From Podarcis melisellensis (lineage: Eukaryota), in the NCBI GenBank assembly GCA_964234715.1, contig OZ174281.1: DNA of 64,000 bases; one strand, written 5' to 3'. The notes beneath the pieces were generated by a model, which did not search any database, was not told the origin of the DNA, and worked only from the letters and a program-made list of their open reading frames with translations. The position numbers and the translations under genes were made by a program. How positions within the stretch are numbered: the stretch's first letter is position 1; every line of letters starts with the position of its first letter. Of this stretch, positions 14,886 through 27,570 are shown piece after piece.

Positions 14886-15519
14886 CTGTCAACAAAAACC
14901 AAGCAAGTATTTGTGCACAATCCTATATCACACGATAGAGGAGCAAATAGAAGAAGGCTATTTTCAGGAAAAATCATGAGAGATTAGTAGGTCCAGTCTA
15001 TGGAAAGACAACTCCCCGCCTAGAAGCTCTAACACAAGATGTGCCTACCATGTACAAAGTACTGCTGACAGTGTTGAGACAGCGGATGTATCAGAGATAG
15101 ATAGAAAAATGGCTAAACCATACAAAGTGGACTACAACAGAATAACAACACACACACAACTGCAATTGGGTGACAAATAGCAGAAAGCAGCAGTTAAACA
15201 GCCTAAGGTTCAACAAGAAATATAAAGTCTGCTGCTAGTTTACTGTTAAAAAGACCAAGCAAATTGGTCTGCTGAAAATACATCAGATTTGCCAGACAGT
15301 GAGCCTCACTGAAGATGGCATTGCACAAATGGTGCTAGAACACAGAAGGCCCTTTCTCCAGTCACCACACTTCAGATAATCATCACCACTTAGAATTGCG
15401 CCCCAAACGCCAACCTGGGTCATATTCAGTGGAATATGATCCTGGTTACTAATTGCCAGCCTAATTTTTGTACTAACTTGAATTTTCAAAATAAATCCTG
15501 CACACAGCAAACTGCAGTA

Positions 15520-15739
15520 CAGTGGTACCTCGGGTTACGTACTTAATTCGTTCCGGATCTCTGTTCTTAACCTGAAACTGTTCTTAACCTGAAGCACCAC
15601 TTTAGCTAATGGGGCCTGCTGCTGCACCGCCGGAGCACGATTTCTGTTCTCATCCTGAAGCAAAGTTCTTAACCTGAAGCACTATTTCTGGGTTAGCGGA
15701 GTCTCTAACCTGAAGCATATGTAACCCAAAGTACCACTG
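15520..15739. mobile_element. Tc1/mariner (Tigger-like) MITE
   Basis: TIR CAGTGGTACCTCGGGTTAC / GTAACCCAAAGTACCACTG, TA TSD. Confidence 0.85.
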
Positions 15740-16304
15740 TAATCTAATCTAGTAATTATCAGGGAATGGAAAACTGGTCAGTTATCTGTAAGCAGGGAAG
15801 AACAATGTTGATGCACCAGCCTAAACTTGTGGAAGCAGGGAATACCACAGAAGCCACTTGAACCTCTAGTGACAAGTAGCCTCCAACTACAAACCTGGTC
15901 CTTCCGGGTGAGTGTTACCCATGCAGGACAGGATGGCACTCTTATGGTCAAGCATCCTCCAACAGCATCTCCATCTTATCTGGGATGAGCTTCAGTTTAC
16001 TGGCCTTCATCCAGTCCATAATGATTTCAAGTACTGGCTTAGCACTACGTTCCTCTGAGAAAGGGTATGATGGAATTTAATAACAAATACTACCACCCAG
16101 AGGTGGAAGAGAGTGGAGGTAATGAAAGCTGAAGCAGGGTAACTGTTCAGTGCCCAAGCCAGATACAATTACCTTTGCAACAATCACTATTTTCACATGC
16201 CCTAATTCAGTGATGGGATGCTGGCTCTTCTAATGCCATGCAGATACTTCACCCATAAATGTTTTTATATTCATTTTAATGGAGGGTGGCTGCTGAACAA
16301 CTTC

Positions 16305-17537
16305 AGGCATTCCTGGAGGATGCGGACCATTTGGATCCCTTCCAATCTGGATTCTGGCCTCATCATGGGCTGAAACTGCCTTGGTTGTGCTGGCTGATGA
16401 TCTCTGGCGGGCTAGGGACAGAGCTGTTTCCCAGTTCTGCTGGATCGCTCAGGAGCCTTTGATACCATCGATCATGACATCCTTCTGGACTGTCTAGAGA
16501 AGCTGGGGGCACTGTTATACAGTGGTTCCACTCCTTTCTCCTGGACTGTGTCCAGAAAGTGGTGTTGGGGGATGAGTGTTCAGACCTCTGGGCTCTCACT
16601 TGTGGGGTGCCTCAGGGTTCCGTCCTCTCCCCTATGCTTTTTAATATCCATATGAAGCCAATGGGAGAGATCATCAGGGGGTTTGGGCTGGGTGTTAATC
16701 AGTATGCAGATGATACCCAGCTCTACCTCTCTTTCAAATCAGAACCAGCAAAGACGGTGAAGGTCCTGTGTGAGTGTCTGGAGGCGGTTGGAGGATGGAT
16801 GGCCGCTAACAGATTGAGGTTGAATCCTGACAAGACTGAAGTACTGTTTTGTGGGGACGGGGCAGGTGGGTGACAGACTCCTTGGTCCTGAATGGGGTAA
16901 CTGTGCCCCTGAAGGAGCAGGTGCGCAGTCATTTTGGACTCACAGCTGTCCATGGAGGTACAGGTCAATTCTGTGTCCAGGGCAGCTGTCTACCAGCTCC
17001 ATCTGGTACACGGCCTAAGACCCTACCTGCCTGCAGACTGTCTCGCCAGAGTGGTGCATGCTCTAGTTATATCCCGTGGGGCTACCTCTGAAGGTGACTT
17101 GGAAACTGCAATTAATCCTGAATGCAGCAGCTAGACTGGTGACTGGGAGTGGCCGCCAAGACCATATAACTGAAAGACCTACATTGGCTCCCAGTACGTT
17201 TCTGAGCACAATTCAAAGTGTTGGTGCTGACCTTTAAGCCCTAAACAGCCTCAGCTCACTGCAAGAAGTGAGATTACAGGGAACAAGGCAGAGGACCTTC
17301 TCAGTAGTGGCGCCCACCCTGTGGAACGCCCTCCCATCAGATGTCAAGGAAATAAACAACTATCTGACTTTTAGAAGACATCTGAAGACAGCCCTGTTCT
17401 GGGAAGTTTTTAATGTTTGAAGTTTTATTCTGTTTTTAATGTTCTGTTGAAAGCTGCCCAGAGTGGCTGGGGAAACCCAGCCAGATGGGTGGGGCAGAAA
17501 TAATTTATATAATTTATTGTTGTTGTTGTTGTTGTTA
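16305..17537 (+). mobile_element. 5'-truncated, degenerate L2-clade LINE (RT fragment plus 3' end) in an MPPE1 intron
   Basis: GVPQGSVLSPMLFNI...QYADDTQLY...RLNPDKTE; frameshifts; (TTG)n tail. Confidence 0.9.
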
Positions 17538-17793
17538 TATGGAGGAAGCAAGTTTCCAAGCATTAAGAGAAACAGCACATCCTTATATAAAGTGAGAAGG
17601 CGGAGAGATGCAAGAACTCCATGCACACATTAGAGCAACTGAACTTCTCAGTAATAAAAGTCACACATAAAAATAATGTATGCAAAAACAATGTATGCCA
17701 AGAAATCACAAAGAGAAGCCAGTTTAGAAAGATTATTTTGAGCCCCTCAATATACACGGATGAAGCTTCCCAGTGAGGCAATTCTATCCTTAC

Positions 17794-17902
17794 CTGCAGT
17801 GAACAGTTGAGTTGATGGGAGAGTTCTGCAAGCTTTGCTTCTGCGGTTTTACAGATGATGCAGCCGTCACCCTCAAGAGCAACACTGTTCACCATAACAA
17901 AG
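17794..17902 (-). CDS. MPPE1: MPPE1 exon ([36 protein letters not shown])
   Basis: 109 bp, tgtag|...CAG|gtaagg. Confidence 0.95.
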
Positions 17903-18847
17903 CTACAAGTACAAGAGAAGAAATAATGGCATTGATGTGCAGTATGTCTGCAGTAAGAAGCAGCTCCATGCTCAAAATCAGGAAAACTCAACAAGGTAGA
18001 CATCCTGCATCAAATCCAGAGAGTGCTGTTTGGTACACGCTCCAGCTGCAGTGCAGTGTTTTCTCAAACCATTGCCCTAAATTCAGCCACTCTGACGATC
18101 CAAAAGGCGTAGTATTCTACATCATTTTATATGCTAACAACAGGAGTTGGCAACCCTGGGCCAAATCAGGGATTCTTCACCTTTCCATCTCATTCCTTGC
18201 AACCATGTGGCCCCAATCTTATCTCCATGGGTCACATCAGGGAGGTGCAGGATTTCTAAAGATACAAGGAAGGACACGCTGCACATAAGATGGGAATCAC
18301 ACCTAGGAAAAATGCATTCACTGTGGAAAAGGTGGAACGTCACATTCCTTCTCCTTTTTAGTAATTGCTTCTTTACTTGGGATAGGTGCCAACCAAGCTG
18401 GTGAAAGATGGAAGACATGCATGTGTGGGAAAGGGAGAAAATGCATAGGGGAGTGAGCTATGTGTGCACATGCTTATTCGCCAGTGTGGACCTCCAACCA
18501 ATTGAAAACTGAAACTGCAACCTTCTCCTTATGGATGATTCTTTGATCCCTTAGCACAAAGCAAAACGGATATTGTTTTAAGTTCCATTACCGTCCTCTA
18601 TATTAATACTCATGATATTTTTGAACATAACAGTGCACAATAGGACTCATTCCTAGGTTGATGTGCAAGACTGAAGCCTAAATATGTCCTTACGATACAA
18701 ATGCTGCAGACCAACTTGGACAAGTGTCTTCAACCATTTCACGAATTTACACCCCACATAAGGTTAAAACTGATACCTTCCTGCCAATGGCAGATACAAA
18801 ATGTAAATAAATATTTAAGGTGCAAGTGAACAAAAAAAAGGACTCAC

Positions 18848-18928
18848 TTTATCCCTTTCCGAGTAATCAGCTTTTCTGAAGTGAAATTGAAAACCTCTGA
18901 AAAACGTTGCAACTTGTATTCCGTCATT
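18848..18928 (-). CDS. MPPE1: MPPE1 exon (MTEYKLQRFSEVFNFTSEKLITRKGIN)
   Basis: 81 bp, cacag|...AA|gtgagt, phases fit neighbours. Confidence 0.9.
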
Positions 18929-19412
18929 CTGTGTGAAATTTAAAAAAAAATCTACTTAATTTAAAATAAGTTATAGTGATCTTTTTTCTGAAGCTTTAAT
19001 TTAAAAAGCTAACTATCAAGCTTCAGTCAGATAATGTGTGTATCTAAATGTTAGTTTAAAGTACAGTCCGTTGCAGTTCCTTTATAGAAGTGCTTCACAA
19101 CAGTGGGGCAGACTTTCCAATGAGCATTGAATGCCTCAAAATTCACACAATTCTCACAACTGCTACCCTCCAAAAATCATCATTAATGTTAACAAGATTT
19201 TGGTTTTGAACTAGTTTTCATTTTGCACCTGTGTATTTTGGAGGCCAACATAGCAATTTATTTTCACCAGCTTTTTGTTTTTCATTTCTCACATTTTTCC
19301 CTTTGAGAGACTTTCATACACATGGTCCTGCTGTTGCATTCTTCCATTTATCTGCCAGTTCCTGGATGTCAGACAAGTCAGGGCTCAAATCACTTCCTTC
19401 TTGAAGCAAATA

Positions 19413-20035
19413 CTGTATTTTTCGCTCCATAGGGCGCACCTAGTTTTCAGAGGGGGAAATCAAGGGGGGAAATTTGACACACCCGCCCCAGCTCTGGGAG
19501 CAGCAGACAGGCTGCACGCAGCCTGTGCACTTCTCCCAGACCCCCCTGCTATTGCGGGAGGTGGGGGAATTCCCCCATCTCCCCCAAAAGCCCACAGGAG
19601 GGAGAAGGGACTGACTTGGCCAGTCAGTCCCTTCTCCCTCCTTGGGGAAAAGCCCCCAAGAGCAGCGCGCTCTTTAAAGGCTGTGCGGATCCTGCGGGCT
19701 TTTCCACCGAGCTTGTGGGGCTGGCGGTGGGGGGAAGGGCTGCTTTTCCCCACCGCCAGCCTCCAAACCAGGTTGGAGAGTAGCGCGAAGGCGTCGTGCG
19801 CCTTCCCGCTGCCCCCCAAGCTTGTGGAGCGCTGCTTTCCCCCACCGCCAGCCTGAAAGACCAGACTCTCCTGGCTTCAGCGAAAGCAACGCGAAGCCTC
19901 CGGAGCACAGGCTTCAGAGGCTTCGCGTTGCTATCGCTGAAGCCAGGCAGCCTGCATTCACTCCATAGGACGCACACACATTTCCCCTTCATTTTTGGAG
20001 GGGGAAAAGTGTGTCCTATAGAGCGAAAAATATGG
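19413..20035. mobile_element. Tc2/pogo-type MITE with internal GC-rich hairpins
   Basis: TIR CTGTATTTTTCGCTCCATAGG / CCTATAGAGCGAAAAATATGG, TA TSD. Confidence 0.82.
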
Positions 20036-20101
20036 TAAATTCACTTCTTGGGGGGGGAGGGCAGGAAAACATATACATTCCTGATCTAGCTGCTTGTAGT
20101 A

Positions 20102-20420
20102 CAGTGGTGCCTCGCAAGACGAAATTAATCCGTTCCGTGAGGCTCTTCGTATAGCGGTTTTTCGTCTTGCGAAGCAAGCCCATTGACAGCTTAGCGGATT
20201 AGCGCTATTAGCGGTTTAGCGGCTTTTAGCGATCAGCTGCTAAGCGGCTTATCAGCGGATCAGCTGATAAGCGGCTTAGCGGCTTAGGGAAAGGGGGGAA
20301 GGGGGGGAACCCGCAGGAACTTGCAAGACATTTTCGTCTTGCGAAGCAAGCCCATAGGGAAATTTGTTTTGCGAAGCGCCTCCAAAACGGAAAACCCTTT
20401 CGTCTAGCGGGGCACCACTG
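20102..20420. mobile_element. Tc1/mariner (Tigger-like) MITE with internal TAGCGG tandem array
   Basis: TIR CAGTGGTGCCTCGCAAGACGAAA / TTTCGTCTAGCGGGGCACCACTG, TA TSD. Confidence 0.85.
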
Positions 20421-20977
20421 TATATGGCCTTTAAAGACAGCTCAGTATTAAAACCTGTCCTCAAAAGAAAACAGGCAAAGAACTGAGAGTGTGAACAGCT
20501 GGGTGGAAACTACACCAAGTGTTCTGCAATCCTGGCACCACAATCAGCTAGTAACACAGGATCTGATGCTGAAAAGAGAATCCTTTTAGGCAAAAGGGAT
20601 TATCACTCTAGGTGAAGCCTTGATGTCCACAATACAGCTGGGTTAAAAGGTTTTGCACTCATTTCCACTCCCCTTATCCTTAATTTGTTGACATTTGGGG
20701 AATGCTTGAAATGGGCAAAACATTTCCCCACTGCCCTGGCAACATGTTCCATGTTTATACTCAACCTGCAGCAATGGAGCTGCTGCAGAACAACAAAACA
20801 GGAAGCATCACTTCAGAAGTGCATTAAAAGAAGAAGTGGTGCATTAGCTGGAAATGGATTGAAGCTTCCCTCAAAAACGTTTTTAACAGAAAACTTGCAA
20901 TACTACAACTTAAGTCCACGGCAGCTGCATATTATGGTATGTATCTAACACTTGACTTCAGTGTTGTGTAAGTACTA

Positions 20978-21204
20978 CAGTGGAACCTCGGGTTGCGAAC
21001 GTGATCCGTGGCACATTTGCAACCAGCACCAACACGTCTGCGCACACGCAGGTCACGATTTGGCGCTTCTGTGCATAGCACGATTTAGCACTTCTGCGCA
21101 TGCGCCGAAACCCGGAAGTAACCCATTCCGGTACTTCCAGGTTCGGCGCAGTGCGCAACCCAAAATCGCATAACCTGAAGGATCTGTAACCCGAGGTACC
21201 ACTG
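20978..21204. mobile_element. Tc1/mariner (Tigger-like) MITE
   Basis: TIR CAGTGGAACCTCGGGTTGC / GTAACCCGAGGTACCACTG, TA TSD. Confidence 0.85.
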
Positions 21205-21466
21205 TAAATGGCACACTTGTTGCTACCAATAGATTGAAGCATGTTAACACTGAATATGGAGCAAGGCTCCTCCAGCCCTCTATGTGCACAGGCATAAGAA
21301 GGGACAAAGGAACACTCTGTATGATTTTGCATGTGTCCAATAAATATGTCCCCCCCCCCAATAGATTCAAACCTATCTTAAAGCATTTAGTTTTATAATG
21401 GAACGTTCTTCTCATTTTGACAATTCCCATCTCAGTACTGCATCCTGTTAAAAAAAAAATACTCAC

Positions 21467-21570
21467 TCATAATGAAAGCCAATGTCGTGGTTGCCAACAA
21501 TAGCAATTAGCTCAACAGAGGCTGGATGCCTAAACATTTTCTGATAGCGTCTTACATCATCTGACCAGGC
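21467..21570 (-). CDS. MPPE1: MPPE1 exon ([35 protein letters not shown])
   Basis: 104 bp, GNHD motif. Confidence 0.95.
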
Positions 21571-22389
21571 CTGCAGGAAAATGTAAAGGTTCTAACTGTG
21601 TATAATCCAATTTAAATAACTATTATTAGTTATTGCAGTTTGCCCCATATTTCTACTGTCAGTAACAGCAATATGTCATTACTGTTACCGTGAGCTGGTT
21701 AAAAGCATATTGTGGTTGTACAGCGTTAATACTGCAATAAGTCAATAAGTGACCTGCAACAATGCATTTAAGCCCACATAAATAAATCAAAGTAATGTGA
21801 ACACTGGGCAATCTTTCTCTCCTCAACCCCAGCAGGGCAACTTTGACATGGGCAGGACCATCCACGTGTCAATCATCCGAGGTCATGTGCTTGACAGGCA
21901 GACCACCTCACCCATCTGTCAAAGTTGGCCCGTGGAAATATTCCTAAGCAATACTGAATTCCCCACACATCAGTCGCTGCATGAAGAATTGAGTCCTGCT
22001 TTTTGCAGCCACATCTCCACTTGTCCTACATCCATCATTTGATGCCAGGTGAGGGTCAGGGAAACATGGCCTGGGGAAAATGGCCTTTTGGACCATGAAG
22101 TGCCTAAAGCATCTTCTTTTGCCTGAATGCCAGAGACTCCCCAACCCACCTATATTAAAATAAAAAATCAGTAACCCAGTAACATTTATCAAAATATAGC
22201 ACCACATTTCTTTTTGCATGACTCTGAGTAAGGGTTATGACTAATTGGGCACTAATAAGGGTACTGACTAACTGGACACTAATATTGACAAAGGATAGAT
22301 TCTCACAATCCTTAACTGCTTAAGTCAACATAAATTGCTTTTCAGAATCTCTGTGCATGCTAAATCAGTCATGTGACTCACTAAACCAA

Positions 22390-22673
22390 TACTCTGTATA
22401 CCTGAAGGAGCATCTCCACCTCCATTGTCCAGCCCAGACACTGAGGTCCAGCTCCGAGGGTCTTCTGGTGGTTCCTCCACTGAAACATGTGAAACTACAG
22501 CACCCACCCTGTGGAACACCCTCCCAGCAGATGTCAAACAGATAAACAACTATTTGACTTTTAGAAGACATCTGAAGGCTCAGTGAAGTTTTTAATGGTT
22601 GGTGTTTTATTGTGTTTTTAATGTTTGTTGAGAGCCGCCCAGAGTAACTGGGGCAATGCAGGCAGATGGGAAG

Positions 22674-22730
<57 letters not shown>
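22390..22730 (+). mobile_element. L2-family 3' end fragment with (ATT)n tail
   Basis: Shares CCCTGTGGAAC...AACAACTAT.TGACTTTTAGAAGACATCTGAAG with the 3' end of 16305-17537. Confidence 0.8.
22674..22730. repeat. (ATT)n microsatellite (L2 tail)
   Basis: About 19 perfect ATT units. Confidence 0.9.
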
Positions 22731-22731
<1 letters not shown>

Positions 22732-23677
22732 CTACAGCTGCAGCGTTCTAAATAATGTGCTGAGTGGAAATCCAAGGTGGGATTCACCTAAAGAAACCTT
22801 TCACAAGATCTGCACAAGGGCTCCCAATTTTACAAAATTGGCCCTGGAGCTGGCAGGGGGGAACCCCCAGAACAGTGCAGGGGACTTTCATGGCAGGCTG
22901 GAATACCTGCATGGATGGAACAGTGCAATGTTTAATTCCACCCTCAGCTTTTAACACACACGCAAAAATAATCTACTCAGCACATTCACCTAGTTTTAAC
23001 TTGACAACAGCAAAAACAACAATAAAAAACCTATGCAGATACATTTTCAAATAGCCTCTATCTAGGTCAGGAGTTGGGAAGCACTTTCATCTGGTGTGTC
23101 AAACCCAAATGTGACACACAGGTGGTCATAGTTGGCTAAAATGGCCCTGTGGGCCAAATTAGGAACTTTAGTGGGTCTAATTTGACCCACAGTAAGAAGT
23201 TTCCAATGTTCAATCTAGGTTTTCCTCACTCGTCTTTGCTATGGACAGAAAATATTTGTACTGATCCCATGTGTAGCTTACTGCTAGCTGATGAATGCCT
23301 ACATATTATTGATGCATCTCTCACCTCATCTTAAATTAAGCACTAGGAACTACTGGCAAAAAAAGCATAACATATCTGTGTTAGCAGATCTCTCCTAAAA
23401 GCACTGAAGCAACTGCCTAGTACTTGTCAAATATGCCTGTAGGAACTACATAGTCCAATGTGCTACCTAGTAAAGCAGAATTTAGAGCCCAATGACTTCC
23501 AAGTTCTTTAACTTAACTTAGTTGCTACTGATCAGGATACCGGTTAGCAAAGATGACTGAACAACTAAGCTTTAAAAGAACTATATTAGTTTCCTGGTCT
23601 CATTCTTTTGTGCAAAACACTTTCAATGAAATCTTATTTTGCTTCATGAACACTTTAATGTTTCACACAATACCAAC

Positions 23678-23786
23678 CTGGGAAGAACTCCATTTCCCTT
23701 CATCAAAGATATCACCCAGGATAAAGACTATTTCTGGCTGCAGAAGCCAGAGAGCAGTTTGGAAGGCTCTCTCCATCTGCCATTCC
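23678..23786 (-). CDS. MPPE1: MPPE1 exon ([36 protein letters not shown])
   Basis: 109 bp, ttag|...CAG|gttggt. Confidence 0.95.
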
Positions 23787-25597
23787 CTAAGAGAATAAAA
23801 AGGGGTATCAGTTCAACATACTTAAGTGACTATTATAAGCACTTGTACCAATCTGTCCATGTTGACCTGCTTTGCTTTGATTTGTCTCCACTATACTGGG
23901 TGGATATTGTAGTTCCTAAGGTAAATGTTTTAAGTCTGAAGAGATGTGGTTGTATTGCAGGGCATGACTGTAATAGATTTTGTGATCCTTCTGAATGAAT
24001 GCTAGAAATATGTACGGGTTAGTGGTCAGTGGGTTTCATATAATTTCCAAGTGATGCAAGTTTAAATATGGATTATTTTACATACATTTCTACTGAGTTT
24101 TCTAACCATTAGGTTGAACCTTTGCAGTGGCAGACTATGGGGGTCTCAAATTTCAGTGGTGCCCTGTGTGATGCTAAAATTTCCCATCACCACCACCTCT
24201 CACCTTCCATTCCCCTGAGGTGCCTCACCGCTAAATCCGCCTCTGACCTTTGTGTCAACATAATTTATTTTAAAACTCAGAGGCTGAAATTTTGCAATTT
24301 CAATTTGTGCACTTTTTATTTCTTTTTTACTTGGACTGAAGCATACAAGGTATGTGGTCAGCTTGATAGCAAAAAAACCACGGCTTTAGCCAAGCTATCC
24401 TACACACGTAGAATACTGGAAGTGCATAATTTGCCATCAAGAGATCAAATAACCATCAAGCCTGGCTACACGCAGTCATTACCTCCTCTAACACAGTGAA
24501 TTATTTGTGTGAACTCTAAGGACTTTATTTTAGCCTAGCAATAGTCAGGATATTACCATTCCATCAGTTGGGAACCAATTTTAATTGGTAAGACTTTGAA
24601 TTATTTTTGCTACCAAGGGGATTTCCATTCTTTTATCAATGTTTATACTACCAGTCCAAATAAAAAAGCTTTAGAAATAGGCTGACGAAAGGCTTCAATA
24701 TTATTACATCACAGCACATCTTGTATTAAAAATAGTTTCAATTAGGATGCAATCCTAACCTTAGATCCGCCAGAATGAGCAAGTTAGAACGTGGCAGACC
24801 TTTGGCTCAGCCAACAAGTTCCCAGCTCAGCCAGACTACACTAGTATAAGAGGCTCAACTGGAAATATGGTGGCATAACTCCCTCATCCCAACTAATACA
24901 GGGCTAACTGAAACCAGTAGAACTTGTGCCATTCCAGAAGAGGTAAAATCGGGGAAGGGGCTTATGCTGAATTATAACTCTGTTGAGTTCAGTCATGTGT
25001 CCTGGCAACCCAATGAAATTTATGCCAGCAAGAAGGTATAAGTCAAACTCTATTTTAAAGGCTTGTTTCCCTTTGCCAGCCTCAGGCCAGCTCAGCCAGC
25101 AATACCCCTGGCTCCTTCTTGAACAGTTTGGATCTAGCATGCTTTATACCAGCTCAACTTAACCCCATGCTACAGTCTGCATTGCGCTCCCCAAAACGTT
25201 GCAGAGCCGAAGAAATGCAAAATGAGTATTAATTCAAATATTACCACAAGAACAATTCTGGATTCTCAAATTTAAGACAGTTTTCTGATAACAGTATAAA
25301 ACTCATTAAAACCATTTCAGAATACATGTGCTTTTTATGTTATTTTGGTTCTGGTGTGTTACTCTGGTGAGTAATAGCTTATGATTATCAAATTGTAAAA
25401 AAAAATCCACTTCTTTCAATATATATATACTAAAGTTTTGGCAATATTCAAATATGAATGAATGGTTTAGCATGTAAATAATCAACAAGTCACGGGTATT
25501 TAGTGGTTCATAACCCTGGTTTTCATGCATGCAGAGGCCAACTGGAAAATATATGTTTACAATAAATTGCTGTCTGTTACTGATATTTAATTCTTAC

Positions 25598-25872
25598 CTC
25601 CTCAGCTTGTCCAGCCAGTGACCACTGAGTTCACCTAGTAAATGAGTATCTGATAAAAACATAGCCTTCAAGACAGAATTGGAAGTCTTTTCAGTAGCCC
25701 TTGGAGCCTGAGCTTTCAATTGCGGCCAGTGACAATGAATTATAACTACGTAATAAATAAAAAATTCACAGAAAACGAACACAGAAAGAGTAAAACACAA
25801 AAGCTTCAATGCAAAAGTGCCTCCTCTCTTCTCCAAAAAACTGTTTGGGATCCTAAAGTGCAAAAGTGCCAT
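25598..25872 (-). CDS. MPPE1: MPPE1 first coding exon (MALLHFR...FLSDTHLLGELSGHWLDKLRR)
   Basis: ATG at 25872; donor AG|gtaag at 25597; the exon probably starts at acceptor ttctgcag|25988. Confidence 0.93.
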
Positions 25873-26311
25873 ATCAGCCTACAGGCAGGTCTTTCTCCCC
25901 ACAGATGGTACCAATATCCACCTACTGAGGCCAGTAAACCAAACCAAATGTGTTTTTCAATTTTTGTTCTTCACATCAGACAGGAATCCTGCAGAAGACA
26001 AAAAATAATAAATACTATGAATTCAGTAAGTGATCCAAGCTGCTTCCTCTAGACTCCAAAACACAATGTGAGAATGTTGATAAAAGTGATCTAATTTACA
26101 GGACTGGTGTAAGAATTACTTAAGTAGCATAATACCTTCTAAAGCTTTCTATAAATATTATTCTAAGTCAACAATAGTATAATATATTCCTTAGGACCAA
26201 CTAACACATCATCAAGTAGCAAAGCAAGCCTTTGAGTTCACCAGAATTTTCTACAGAGCAACATTACAGGGGAGAGCAAAGATGTTCCTGTGTGTGATGA
26301 AAACGCTTCTG

Positions 26312-26515
26312 AAATAAATAAAATTGTCCAGTAGCACCTTGGAGACCAACTAAGTTTGTTCTGGGTATAAGCTTTTGTGTGCAAACAAAGAAGTGTGCAG
26401 GCATACAAAAGCTTATACCCAGAACAAACTTAAGGTAGCTGGTCTCCAAGGTGCTACTGGATAAGATTCCCCCCCCCCCCACTGCGTCAGACCAACACAG
26501 CTACCTGCCTTAATT
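26312..26515. mobile_element. Penelope-like element remnant (inverted pseudo-LTR) with 14-bp TSD
   Basis: Inverted repeat TCCAGTAGCACCTTGGAGACCA...TGGTCTCCAAGGTGCTACTGGA (26327-26461); TSD TGAAAACGCTTCTG at 26298-26311 and 26516-26529. Confidence 0.75.
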
Positions 26516-27186
26516 TGAAAACGCTTCTGTTTGCAATTATACCAATAATTTATATTTATTTCTGCAGTTCACCCAGTGAGCACCTTTGGTAACAATCGAG
26601 CTAACACGAAGCAACAGCAAAGTTCAGGTGAAAGCCATGGAATGAAGCATCTTTTCTCTCGCCATTTTGTGTGTGGAACCTCCAAGAGCGAAGAGCTTTG
26701 CTCAACTCAAAAGCTTGCTCGCTCGCTACTGTTGTGACCCGTTTTTTAGTTGGTTGTAACAAAGACATTATACATCGGCTGTATTTGGATGGAAATAGAG
26801 AGATAACGATGTTTAATTTTACCTAATGGATCAGCGAGGCAACTTGCAATTTTTGTCAGCTTTTAAGAGCCACCCGACTACTTTGCAAGCATCTCCCAGG
26901 TACTGAGTAAACGGCATCATAAAACGAGCCCGCCTCTATTACAATGACCCTCCTACCGCCAAGGAGGAAGGAAAGCCCCAACAATATATTTCTTTTTGGT
27001 AGACCTGAGAAAAGGTCAAAGAGGCAGAATAAAGCCAGGCTTGTACATATAACTTTCTCCTGCAGAAGGGGAGGCATTTCTAAGGGGAAACTACCGAAGG
27101 CGGAAGCAAACCTCTTTCCTCTCACAATAAACAACCCGCTTCAAGGTGGTGCTGTTACTGCTGCTGCAGCAGCTGCTGCTACTCAC

Positions 27187-27570
27187 CCCTGAGAGGAAAC
27201 TCCCGCCAGGAGCAGAGCGAGGCTTCCCGCGTGCAAAGACGGAGGGCGGATAAACTCCCCGCCGCTTTGCACGTGTCCCCCCGCACGTCTGGAGCGGCGC
27301 TTCCTGCGGCATCCGTGGAACGGCGAAGAGCTCCCACTCCGGAGGTCAGGAAAGCGACCGAAGCACTTGCTATTGGATGCCTCGCTTCCTGAATCGCCTC
27401 GTTCTCCAGTCTTGCGCGCCTCTCATTGGCGCCGCGGAGGCAGCAGTTTGATTGGCCGCCGCGTCGCTCTGGGCTGGAGCATGGCGGCTGCTGCTCGCTC
27501 AGAGATGGTTATCCTGGGCAGCTGTCCCTGCGCAGCTGAGGCGGAGGGCGCGCAAGGGCGATGCAGGTGA
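27187..27570 (-). promoter_or_regulatory. MPPE1: MPPE1 CpG-island promoter and probable non-coding exon 1
   Basis: CpG-rich. Minus-strand donor AGGG|GTGAGT at 27186. Three CCAAT boxes (ATTGG at 27372, 27425, 27451), E-box CACGTG ~27270, YY1-like ATGGCGG at 27481. Confidence 0.7.

Larger units (their letters stand above)
12021..27340 (-). other. MPPE1: MPPE1 (PGAP5) gene, metallophosphoesterase 1, 398 aa
   Basis: CDS join(complement) 25872-25598,23786-23678,21570-21467,18928-18848,17902-17794,14885-14814,14708-14586,13620-13480,12203-12021 = 1197 nt. Metallophosphoesterase motifs DTH, GDIFD, GNHD, H, GHTH; two TM segments; C-terminal KxKxx. The 5' end is approximate. Confidence 0.95.

Noticed and set aside
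16559-17134. Reverse-transcriptase-like ORFs as a functional gene
   Set aside because: Frameshifted, 5'-truncated L2 LINE remnant.
19275-20038. 193-aa and other ORFs
   Set aside because: They lie within a non-autonomous MITE; no transposase motifs.
20188-20286. Short repeated units superficially like a CRISPR or telomeric array
   Set aside because: No unique spacers, vertebrate DNA, and internal to a MITE; not TTAGGG.
22365-22954. Poly-N / poly-Y ORFs
   Set aside because: Translation of the (ATT)n microsatellite.
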